From: the human T2T-CHM13v2.0 reference genome, Homo sapiens
DNA length: 64,000 nucleotides
Reading direction: 5' to 3' (one strand)
Assembly: GCF_009914755.1 (NCBI RefSeq)
Contig: NC_060939.1
Below, piece by piece: positions 12,928 to 27,584 of this stretch; positions within the stretch are counted from its first letter, which is position 1, and each line of letters opens with the position of its first letter. Under the pieces are notes generated by a model, which worked only from the letters and a program-made list of their open reading frames with translations, did no database searches and was not told the origin of the DNA. The position numbers were made by a program, and so were the translations under genes.

Positions 12928-15073
12928 TTATATATGATATATGTTATATGTTATGTAATATGCTTTATATGTAATATATAACCTCATATATATTATATGT
13001 CATAATATATAATAGTTATCCTGTGTCATATTATATATATTATATATTTCATAACATATATAATATATAATACATATTATACATCTTATATATGAAAATA
13101 TGTAATTAGAGATAAAATAACATATAGTTATATATAATATGATATATAACATATATACTATATCATATATGATATATAATATATAATTTTTTATTGCATA
13201 TTATAATTCATATATATTATAATTTATATAATGATATAATTATTTATATAATATAAATAATTATACATAATTATATAATTATATATAATATAAATAATAA
13301 TATATATAATTACATATTCATATCGTTATATATAATAATACATTTCATATGTAATTATATATATCATATAATAGACAACACACCTAATATATGATATATA
13401 ATATATATTATACAATATAGGATACATAATATGTATGATATATAAGATATCATAATATAATATATATTTTAACATTATGTATGTAACATGTAATATGTGA
13501 TATATAAAATAAATTATGTAATATAAAATAATATAATATAATATATACTATATTAAGGTATATTATGTAAAGTATGTAATAAAATTATAAGTAACATAAT
13601 ATATAGTTATATATATTATCTTATGTATTTACATAGAGTATTATACAGTTATATATAATTTTAAATTGTTATATATAATTTAATGTAAAACAAATATAAT
13701 ATACATCATAAAATATATATTGTATACCATATATATATTATGTATCATATATTGTATGTTATATATCATATATTGTATATCATATATCATATATTATATG
13801 TTATATGTATCACATTCCACATTTTGTATATTATAAATTATATAAAATATATGACATATATTATATTATATATAATAAATTATACATTAAATGTATCATA
13901 GTATATATTATATGTAACATGTATATTCTATGTAAAATATATACTATATAACATATTACATATAATTAATAACATAGACATATAATATATATTTAACATA
14001 TGTACTATATATACAACGTATTATACATATACTATATAATATATATTATATATATGGCATAAAATATAATATATATTATATGTCATATTTTATATATACA
14101 ATTATATATTATTATATGTTATTTTATATTATCTATAACATAGATATAATATATATACCTATAATGTATATTATATATAACGTAGATATTATATATAATA
14201 TATATAAATATATTATATATAATGTAGATATTATATATAATATATATAATGTATATTATATATTTAATACGTATATTAACCATATAATATATTCTATATA
14301 TGATATATAATATATATTATATATGTCATAAAATATAATATATATTATATGTCATTGTATAAATATAATACTTATATATTATCAATTATTATATTACATT
14401 TAATATATATAATATAAGATGCAGGATGTGAAACAATATTATATATATGTTATTTATATTATATATATGATACTATATATTATTGTATACATAATGTGTA
14501 TATATATTTGTGGGTGCCCTATTTCCCATCTCATAACTTGTTTTAAGAAGCGCAGCATAATAATGTGTGGGCTTGGGATTCAGTTTTTGAAACAAAACAC
14601 TGAGCCTTCAATGACCTTTCGGTCTATGTAGAAGCGCTCCTGTCTTTGTGGCAGCAGTTGGACCTCACAATGTGGATTGTGCCGTCACCCTGCAATGTTT
14701 ATGCCCTATCGCCATGGTGACGGGATTAGGGATCTCCTGCTCTTGCTCCTAAAGGCCACTGTCTATGCTGTGTTTTTCAAAGGTCAGCACATAGTGAATC
14801 TTTGAGGTTTTATTTTCCCTGAGTTTGATTTTTCTCATGGGGAACCTGTGTTGCTGCTTTGAAGGTATATTCATACTGGCCTTTCAAATGCCAACTCTTC
14901 AAATTACTAGTTAATGCTTTCAAAGTATGTTATTTCAAAAATTATCCTCTGTATTTTCCATATGCAGTTATAAATATGTTTCATGGTTATGTTTCATTCC
15001 TCAGTTTATATATTTGATTATTGTACGAAGCAGAGTACCTTTGGAATTTTTTTCATCTAAAAAATATGTAAAT

Positions 15074-15365
15074 TAGCTCAGGCCTGTAATCCCAGCAAAT
15101 TTGGAGGCCAAGGCAAGGGGATCACAAGGTAAAGAGATCAAGACCATCCTGGCCAATACAGTGAAATGCTGTCAGTACTAAAAATCCAAAAAATTAGCTA
15201 GGCATTGTGGCAGCTGGTGTAGTCCCAGTGTGGTGTAGTCCAAGCTACCTGGGAGGCTGAGGGAGGGCAATCGCTTGAACCCGTGAGGCAGATGTTGCAG
15301 TGAGCAAATTTGGTGCCATTGTACTCCACCCTGTGCAACAGGACAACACTCTGTCTAAAAAAAAA
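15074..15365 (+). mobile_element. Truncated Alu (U7)
   Basis: Copy of the U1 Alu with two private substitutions. Confidence 0.95.
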
Positions 15366-17510
15366 TTATATATGATATATGTTATATGTTATGTAATATG
15401 CTTTATATGTAATATATAACCTCATATATATTATATGTCATAATATATAATAGTTATCCTGTGTCATATTATATATATCATATATTTCATAACATATATA
15501 ATATATAATACATATTATACATCTTATATATGAAAATATGTAATTAGAGATAAAATAACATATAGTTATATATAATATGATATATAACATATATACTATA
15601 TCATATATGATATATAATATATAATTTTTTATAACATATTATAATTCATATATATTATAATTTATATAATGATATAATTATTTATATAATATAAATAATT
15701 ATACATAATTATATAATTATATATAATATAAATAATAATATATATAATTACATATTCATATCGTTATATATAATAATACATTTCATATGTAATTATATAT
15801 ATCATATAATAGACAACACACCTAATATATGATATATAATATATATTATACAATATAGGATACATAATATGTATGATATATAAGATATCATAATATAATA
15901 TATATTTTAACATTATGTATGTAACATGTAATATGTGATATATAAAATAAATTATGTAATATAAAATAATATAATATAATATATACTATATTAAGGTATA
16001 TTATGTAAAGTATGTAATAAAATTATAAGTAACATAATAAATAGTTATATATATTATCTTATGTATTTACATAGAGTATTATACAGTTATATATAATTTT
16101 AAATTGTTATATATAATTTAATATAAAACAAATATAATATATATCATAACATATATATTGTATACCATATATATATTATGTATCATATATTGTATGTTAT
16201 ATATTATATATTCTATATCATATATCATATATTATATGTTATATATATCACATTCCACATTTTGTATATTATAAATTATATACAATATATGACATGTATT
16301 ATATTATATATAATAAATTATACATTATATGTAACATAGTATATATTATATGTAACATGTATATTCTATGTAAAATATATAATATATAACATATTACATA
16401 TAATTAATAACATAGACATATAATATATATTTAACATATGTACTATATATACAACGTATTATACATATACTATATAATATATATTATATATATGGCATAA
16501 AATATAATATATATTATATGTCATATTTTATATATACAATTATATATTATTATATGTTATTTTATATTATCTACAACATAGATATAATATATATACCTAT
16601 AATGTATATTACATATAACGTAGATATTATATATAATATATATAATGTATATTATATATAACGTAGATATTATATATAATATATATAATGTATATTATAT
16701 ATTTAATACGTATATTAACCATATAATATATTCTATATATGATATATAATATATATTATATATGTCATAAAATATATATATTATATATCATTGTATAAAT
16801 ATAATACTTATATATTATCAATTATTATATTACATTTAATATATATAATATAAGATGCAGGATGTGAGACAATATTATATATATGTTATTTATATTATAT
16901 ATATGATACTATATATTATTGTATACATAATGTGTATATATATTTGTGGGTGCCCTATTTCCCATCTCATAACTTGTTTTAAGAAGCGCAGCATAATAAT
17001 GTGTGGGCTTGGGATTCAGTTTTTGAAACAAAACACTGAGCCTTCAATGACCTTTCGGTCTATGTAGAAGCGCTCCTGTCTTCGTGGCAGCAGTTGGACC
17101 TCACAATGTGGATTGTGCCGTCACCCTGCAATGTTTATGCCCTATCGCCATGGTGACGGGATTAGGGATCTCCTGCTCTTGGTCCTAAAGGCCACTGTCT
17201 GTGCTGTGTTTTTCAAAGGTCAGCACAGAGTGAACCTTTGTGGTTTTATTTTCCCTGAGTTTGATTTTTCTCATGGGGAACCTGTGGTGCTGCTTTGAAG
17301 GTATATTCATACTGGCCTTTCAAATGCCAACTCTTCAAATTACTAGTTAATGCTTTCAAAGTATGTTATTTCAAAAATTATCCTCCGTATTTTCCATATG
17401 CAGTTATAAATATGTTTCATGGTTATGTTTCATTCCTCAGTTTATATATTTGATTATTGTACCAAGCAGAGTACCTTTGAAATTTTTTTTCATCTAAAAA
17501 ATATGTAAAT

Positions 17511-17801
17511 TAGCTCAGGCCTGTAATCCCAGCAAATTTGGAGGCCAAGGCAAGGGGATCACAAGGTAAAGAGATCAAGACCATCCTGGCCAATACAGTG
17601 AAACGCTGTCACTACTAAAAATCCAAAAAATTAGCTAGGCATTGTGGCAGCTGGTGTAGCCCAGTGTGGTGTAGTCCAAGCTACCTGGGAGGCTGAGGGA
17701 GGGCAATCGCTTGAACCCGTGAGGCAGATGTTGCAGTGAGCAAATTTGGTGCCATTGTACTCCACCCTGTGCAACAGGACAACACTCTGTCTAAAAAAAA
17801 A
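17511..17801 (+). mobile_element. Truncated Alu (U8)
   Basis: Copy of the U1 Alu with a 1-bp deletion (GTAGCCC instead of GTAGTCCC). Confidence 0.95.
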
Positions 17802-19983
17802 TTATATATGATATATGTTATATGTTATGTAATATGCTTTATATGTAATATATAACCTCATATATATTATATGTCATAATATATAATATTTATCCTGTGT
17901 CATATTATATATATTATATATTTCATAACATATATAATATATAATACATATTATATATTTCATAACATATATAATATATAATACATATTATACATCTTAT
18001 ATATGAAAATATGTAATTAGAGATAAAATAACATATAGTTATATATAATATGATATATAACATATATACTATATCATATATGATATATAATATATAATTT
18101 TTTATTGCATATTATAATTCATATATATTATAATTTATATAATGATATAATTATTTATATAATATAAATAATTATACATAATTATATAATTATATATAAT
18201 ATAAATAATAATATATATAATTACATATTCATATCGTTATATATAATAATACATTTCATATGTAATTATATATATCATATAATAGACAACACACCTAATA
18301 CATAATATATAATATATATTATACAATATAGGATACATAATATGTATGATATATAAGATATCATAATATAATATATATTTTAACATTATGTATGTAACAT
18401 GTAATATGTGATATATAAAATAAATTATGTAATATAAAATAATATAATATAATATATACTATATTAAGGTATATTATGTAAAGTATGTAATAAAATTATA
18501 AGTAACATAATAAATAGTTATATATATTATCTTATGTATTTACATAGAGTATTATACAGTTATATATAATTTTAAATTGTTATATATAATTTAATATAAA
18601 ACAAATATAATATATATCATAACATATATATTGTATACCATATATATATTATGTATCATATATTGTATGTTATATATTATATATTCTATATCATATATCA
18701 TATATTATATGTTATATGTATCACATTCCACATTTTGTATATTATAAATTATATACAATATATGACATGTATTATATTATATATAATAAATTATACATTA
18801 TATGTAACATAGTATATATTATATGTAACATGTATATTCTATGTAAAATATATAATATATAACATATTACATATAATTAATAACATAGACATATAATATA
18901 TATTTAACATATGTACTATATATACAACGTATTATACATATACTATATAATATATATTATATATATGGCATAAAATATAATATATATTATATGTCATATT
19001 TTATATATACAATTATATATTATTATATGTTATTTTATATTATCTACAACATAGATATAATATATATACCTATAATGTATATTACATATAACGTAGATAT
19101 TATATATAATATATATAATGTATATTATATATAACGTAGATATTATATATAATATATATAATGTATATTATATATTTAATACGTATATTAACCATATAAT
19201 ATATTCTATATATGATATATAATATATATTATATATGTCATAAAATATATATATTATATGTCATTGTATAAATATAATACTTATATATTATCAATTATTA
19301 TATTACATTTAATATATATAATATAAGATGCAGGATGTGAGACAATATTATATATATGTTATTTATATTATATATATGATACTATATATTATTGTATACA
19401 TAATGTGTATATATATTTGTGGGTGCCCTATTTCCCATCTCATAACTTGTTTTAAGAAGCGCAGCATAATAATGTGTGGGCTTGGGATTCAGTTTTTGAA
19501 ACAAAACACTGAGCCTTCAATGACCTTTCGGTCTATGTAGAAGCGCTCCTGTCTTCGTGGCAGCAGTTGGACCTCACAATGTGGATTGTGCCGTCACCCT
19601 GCAATGTTTATGCCCTATCGCCATGGTGACGGGATTAGGGATCTCCTGCTCTTGGTCCTAAAGGCCACTGTCTGTGCTGTGTTTTTCAAAGGTCAGCACA
19701 GAGTGAACCTTTGTGGTTTTATTTTCCCTGAGTTTGATTTTTCTCATGGGGAACCTGTGGTGCTGCTTTGAAGGTATATTCATACTGGCCTTTCAAATGC
19801 CAACTCTTCAAATTACTAGTTAATGCTTTCAAAGTATGTTATTTCAAAAATTATCCTCCGTATTTTCCATATGCAGTTATAAATATGTTTCATGGTTATG
19901 TTTCATTCCTCAGTTTATATATTTGATTATTGTACCAAGCAGAGTACCTTTGAAATTTTTTTTCATCTAAAAAATATGTAAAT

Positions 19984-20275
19984 TAGCTCAGGCCTGTAAT
20001 CCCAGCAAATTTGGAGGCCAAGGCAAGGGGATCACAAGGTAAAGAGATCAAGACCATCCTGGCCAATACAGTGAAACGCTGTCACTACTAAAAATCCAAA
20101 AAATTAGCTAGGCATTGTGGCAGCTGGTGTAGTCCCAGTGTGGTGTAGTCCAAGCTACCTGGGAGGCTGAGGGAGGGCAATCGCTTGAACCCGTGAGGCA
20201 GATGTTGCAGTGAGCAAATTTGGTGCCATTGTACTCCACCCTGTGCAACAGGACAACACTCTGTCTAAAAAAAAA
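19984..20275 (+). mobile_element. Truncated Alu (U9)
   Basis: Copy of the U1 Alu. Confidence 0.95.
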
Positions 20276-22420
20276 TTATATATGATATATGTTATATGTT
20301 ATGTAATATGCTTTATATGTAATATATAACCTCATATATATTATATGTCATAATATATAATAGTTATCCTGTGTCATATTATATATATTATATATTTCAT
20401 AACATATATAATATATAATACATATTATACATCTTATATATGAAAATATGTAATTAGAGATAAAATAACATATAGTTATATATAATATGATATATAACAT
20501 ATATACTATATCATATATGATATATAATATATAATTTTTTATTGCATATTATAATTCATATATATTATAATTTATATAATGATATAATTATTTATATAAT
20601 ATAAATAATTATACATGATTATATAATTATATATAATATAAATAATAATATATATAATTACATATTCATATCGTTATATATAATAATACATTTCATATGT
20701 AATTATATATATCATATAATAGACAACACACCTAATATATAATATATAATATATATTATACAATATAGGATACAAAAGATGTATGATATATAAGATATCA
20801 TAATATAATATATATTTTAACATTATGTATGTAACATGTAATATGTGATATATAAAATAAATTATGTAATATAAAATAATATAATATAATATATACTATA
20901 TTAAGGTATATTATGTAAAGTATGTAATAAAATTATAAGTAACATAATATATAGTTATATATATTATCTTATGTATTTACATAGAGTATTATACAGTTAT
21001 ATATAATTTTAAATTGTTATATATAATTTAATATAAAACAAATATAATATATATCATAACATATATATTGTATACCATATATATATTATGTATCATATAT
21101 TGTATGTTATATATTATATATTCTATATCATATATCATATATTATATGTTATATGTATCACATTCCACATTTTGTATATTATAAATTATATACAATATAT
21201 GACATGTATTATATTATATATAATAAATTATACATTATATGTAACATAGTATATATTATATGTAACATGTATATTCTATGTAAAATATATAATATATAAC
21301 ATATTACATATAATTAATAACATAGACATATAATATATATTTAACATATGTACTATATATACAACGTATTATACATATACTATATAATATATATTATATA
21401 TATGGCATAAAATATAATATATATTATATGTCATATTTTATATATACAATTATATATTATTATATGTTATTTTATATTATCTACAACATAGATATAATAT
21501 ATATACCTATAATGTATATTACATATAACGTAGATATTATATATAATATATATAATGTATATTATATATAACGTAGATATTATATATAATATATATAATG
21601 TATATTATATATTTAATACGTATATTAACCATATAATATATTCTATATATGATATATAATATATATTATATATGTCATAAAATATATATATTATATGTCA
21701 TTGTATAAATATAATACTTATATATTATCAATTATTATATTACATTTAATATATATAATATAAGATGCAGGATGTGAGACAATATTATATATATGTTATT
21801 TATATTATATATATGATACTATATATTATTGTATACATAATGTGTATATATATTTGTGGGTGCCCTATTTCCCATCTCATAACTTGTTTTAAGAAGCGCA
21901 GCATAATAATGTGTGGGCTTGGGATTCAGTTTTTGAAACAAAACACTGAGCCTTCAATGACCTTTCGGTCTATGTAGAAGCGCTCCTGTCTTCGTGGCAG
22001 CAGTTGGACCTCACAATGTGGATTGTGCCGTCACCCTGCAATGTTTATGCCCTATCGCCATGGTGACGGGATTAGGGATCTCCTGCTCTTGGTCCTAAAG
22101 GCCACTGTCTGTGCTGTGTTTTTCAAAGGTCAGCACAGAGTGAACCTTTGTGGTTTTATTTTCCCTGAGTTTGATTTTTCTCATGGGGAACCTGTGGTGC
22201 TGCTTTGAAGGTATATTCATACTGGCCTTTCAAATGCCAACTCTTCAAATTACTAGTTAATGCTTTCAAAGTATGTTATTTCAAAAATTATCCTCCGTAT
22301 TTTCCATATGCAGTTATAAATATGTTTCATGGTTATGTTTCATTCCTCAGTTTATATATTTGATTATTGTACCAAGCAGAGTACCTTTGAAATTTTTTTT
22401 CATCTAAAAAATATGTAAAT

Positions 22421-22712
22421 TAGCTCAGGCCTGTAATCCCAGCAAATTTGGAGGCCAAGGCAAGGGGATCACAAGGTAAAGAGATCAAGACCATCCTGGC
22501 CAATACAGTGAAACGCTGTCACTACTAAAAATCCAAAAAATTAGCTAGGCATTGTGGCAGCTGGTGTAGTCCCAGTGTGGTGTAGTCCAAGCTACCTGGG
22601 AGGCTGAGGGAGGGCAATCGCTTGAACCCGTGAGGCAGATGTTGCAGTGAGCAAATTTGGTGCCATTGTACTCCACCCTGTGCAACAGGACAACACTCTG
22701 TCTAAAAAAAAA
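22421..22712 (+). mobile_element. Truncated Alu (U10)
   Basis: Copy of the U1 Alu. Confidence 0.95.
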
Positions 22713-24856
22713 TTATATATGATATATGTTATATGTTATGTAATATGTTTATATGTAATATATAACCTCATATATATTATATGTCCTAATATATAATAGT
22801 TATCCTGTGTCATATTATATATATTATATATTTCATAACATATATAATATATAATACATATTATACATCTTATATATGAAAATATGTAATTAGAGATAAA
22901 ATAACATATAGTTATATATAATATGATATATAACATATATACTATATCATATATGATATATAATATATAATTTTTTATTGCATATTATAATTCATATATA
23001 TTATAATTTATATAAAGATATAATTATTTATATAATATAAATAATTATACATGATTATATAATTATATATAATATAAATAATAATATATGTAATTACATA
23101 TTCATATCGTTATATATAATAATACATTTCATATGTAATTATATATATCATATAATAGACAACACACCTAATATATAATATATAATATATATTATACAAT
23201 ATAGGATACATAATATGTATGATATATAAGATATCATAATATAATATATATTTTAACATTATGTATGTAACATGTAATATGTGATATATAAAATAAATTA
23301 TGTAATATAAAATAATATAATATAATATATACTATATTAAGGTATATTATGTAAAGTATGTAATAAAATTATAAGTAACATAATAAATAGTTACATATAT
23401 TATCTTATGTATTTACATAGAGTATTATACAGTTATATATAATTTTAAATTGTTATATATAATTTAATATAAAACAAATATAATATATATCATAACATAT
23501 ATATTGTATACCATATATATATTATGTATCATATATTGTATGTTATATATTATATATTGTATATCATATATCATATATTATATGTTATATATATCACATT
23601 CCACATTTTGTATATTATAAATTATATACAATATATGACATGTATTATATTATATATAATAAATTATACATTATATGTAACATAGTATATATTATATGTA
23701 ACATGTATATTCTATGTAAAATATATAATATATAACATATTACATATAATTAATAACATAGACATATAATATATATTTAACATATGTACTATATATACAA
23801 CGTATTATACATATACTATATAATATATATTATATATATGGCATAAAATATAATATATATTATATGTCATATTTTATATATACAATTATATATTATTATA
23901 TGTTATTTTATATTATCTACAACATAGATATAATATATATACCTATAATGTATATTACATATAACGTAGATATTATATATAATATATATAATGTATATTA
24001 TATATAACGTAGATATTATATATAATATATATAATGTATATTATATATTTAATACGTATATTAACCATATAATATATTCTATATATGATATATAATATAT
24101 ATTATATATGTCATAAAATATATATATTATATATCATTGTATAAATATAATACTTATATATTATCAATTATTATATTACATTTAATATATATAATATAAG
24201 ATGCAGGATGTGAGACAATATTATATATATGTTATTTATATTATATATATGATACTATATATTATTGTATACATAATGTGTATATATATTTGTGGGTGCC
24301 CTATTTCCCATCTCATAACTTGTTTTAAGAAGCGCAGCATAATAATGTGTGGGCTTGGGATTCAGTTTTTGAAACAAAACACTGAGCCTTCAATGACCTT
24401 TCGGTCTATGTAGAAGCGCTCCTGTCTTCGTGGCAGCAGTTGGACCTCACAATGTGGATTGTGCCGTCACCCTGCAATGTTTATGCCCTATCGCCATGGT
24501 GACGGGATTAGGGATCTCCTGCTCTTGGTCCTAAAGGCCACTGTCTGTGCTGTGTTTTTCAAAGGTCAGCACAGAGTGAACCTTTGTGGTTTTATTTTCC
24601 CTGAGTTTGATTTTTCTCATGGGGAACCTGTGGTGCTGCTTTGAAGGTATATTCATACTGGCCTTTCAAATGCCAACTCTTCAAATTACTAGTTAATGCT
24701 TTCAAAGTATGTTATTTCAAAAATTATCCTCCGTATTTTCCATATGCAGTTATAAATATGTTTCATGGTTATGTTTCATTCCTCAGTTTATATATTTGAT
24801 TATTGTACCAAGCAGAGTACCTTTGAAATTTTTTTTCATCTAAAAAATATGTAAAT

Positions 24857-25148
24857 TAGCTCAGGCCTGTAATCCCAGCAAATTTGGAGGCCAAGGCAAG
24901 GGGATCACAAGGTAAAGAGATCAAGACCATCCTGGCCAATACAGTGAAACGCTGTCACTACTAAAAATCCAAAAAATTAGCTAGGCATTGTGGCAGCTGG
25001 TGTAGTCCCAGTGTGGTGTAGTCCAAGCTACCTGGGAGGCTGAGGGAGGGCAATCGCTTGAACCCGTGAGGCAGATGTTGCAGTGAGCAAATTTGGTGCC
25101 ATTGTACTCCACCCTGTGCAACAGGACAACACTCTGTCTAAAAAAAAA
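24857..25148 (+). mobile_element. Truncated Alu (U11)
   Basis: Copy of the U1 Alu. Confidence 0.95.
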
Positions 25149-27292
25149 TTATATATGATATATGTTATATGTTATGTAATATGCTTTATATGTAATATAT
25201 AACCTCATATATATTATATGTCCTAATATATAATAGTTATCCTGTGTCATATTATATATATTATATATTTCATAACATATATAATATATAATACATATTA
25301 TACATCTTATATATGAAAATATGTAATTAGAGATAAAATAACATATAGTTATATATAATATGATATATAACATATATACTATATCATATATGATATATAA
25401 TATATAATTTTTTATTGCATATTATAATTCATATATATTATAATTTATATAATGATATAATTATTTATATAATATAAATAATTATACATGATTATATAAT
25501 TATATATAATATAAATAATAATATATATAATTACATATTCATATCGTTATATATAATAATACATTTCATATGTAATTATATATATCATATAATAGACAAC
25601 ACACCTAATATATAATATATAATATATATTATACAATATAGGATACAAAAGATGTATGATATATAAGATATCATAATATAATATATATTTTAACATTATG
25701 TATGTAACATGTAATATGTGATATATAAAATAAATTATGTAATATAAAATAATATAATATAATATATACTATATTATGGTATATTATGTAAAGTATGTAA
25801 TAAAATTATAAGTAACATAATAAATAGTTACATATATTATCTTATGTATTTACATAGAGTATTATACAGTTATATATAATTTTAAATTGTTATATATAAT
25901 TTAATATAAAACAAATATAATATATATCATAACATATATATTGTATACCATATATATATTATGTATCATATATTGTATGTTATATATTATATATTCTATA
26001 TCATATATCATATATTATATGTTATATATATCACATTCCACATTTTGTATATTATAAATTATATACAATATATGACATGTATTATATTATATATAATAAA
26101 TTATACATTATATGTAACATAGTATATATTATATGTAACATGTATATTCTATGTAAAATATATAATATATAACATATTACATATAATTAATAACATAGAC
26201 ATATAATATATATTTAACATATGTACTATATATACAACGTATTATACATATACTATATAATATATATTATATATATGGCATAAAATATAATATATATTAT
26301 ATGTCATATTTTATATATACAATTATATATTATTATATGTTATTTTATATTATCTACAACATAGATATAATATATATACCTATAATGTATATTACATATA
26401 ACGTAGATATTATATATAATATATATAATGTATATTATATATAACGTAGATATTATATATAATATATATAATGTATATTATATATTTAATACGTATATTA
26501 ACCATATAATATATTCTATATATGATATATAATATATATTATATATGTCATAAAATATATATATTATATATCATTGTATAAATATAATACTTATATATTA
26601 TCAATTATTATATTACATTTAATATATATAATATAAGATGCAGGATGTGAGACAATATTATATATATGTTATTTATATTATATATATGATACTATATATT
26701 ATTGTATACATAATGTGTATATATATTTGTGGGTGCCCTATTTCCCATCTCATAACTTGTTTTAAGAAGCGCAGCATAATAATGTGTGGGCTTGGGATTC
26801 AGTTTTTGAAACAAAACACTGAGCCTTCAATGACCTTTCGGTCTATGTAGAAGCGCTCCTGTCTTCGTGGCAGCAGTTGGACCTCACAATGTGGATTGTG
26901 CCGTCACCCTGCAATGTTTATGCCCTATCGCCATGGTGACGGGATTAGGGATCTCCTGCTCTTGGTCCTAAAGGCCACTGTCTGTGCTGTGTTTTTCAAA
27001 GGTCAGCACAGAGTGAACCTTTGTGGTTTTATTTTCCCTGAGTTTGATTTTTCTCATGGGGAACCTGTGGTGCTGCTTTGAAGGTATATTCATACTGGCC
27101 TTTCAAATGCCAACTCTTCAAATTACTAGTTAATGCTTTCAAAGTATGTTATTTCAAAAATTATCCTCCGTATTTTCCATATGCAGTTATAAATATGTTT
27201 CATGGTTATGTTTCATTCCTCAGTTTATATATTTGATTATTGTACCAAGCAGAGTACCTTTGAAATTTTTTTCATCTAAAAAATATGTAAAT

Positions 27293-27584
27293 TAGCTCAG
27301 GCCTGTAATCCCAGCAAATTTGGAGGCCAAGGCAAGGGGATCACAAGGTAAAGAGATCAAGACCATCCTGGCCAATACAGTGAAACGCTGTCACTACTAA
27401 AAATCCAAAAAATTAGCTAGGCATTGTGGCAGCTGGTGTAGTCCCAGTGTGGTGTAGTCCAAGCTACCTGGGAGGCTGAGGGAGGGCAATCGCTTGAACC
27501 CGTGAGGCAGATGTTGCAGTGAGCAAATTTGGTGCCATTGTACTCCACCCTGTGCAACAGGACAACACTCTGTCTAAAAAAAAA
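27293..27584 (+). mobile_element. Truncated Alu (U12)
   Basis: Copy of the U1 Alu. Confidence 0.95.
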
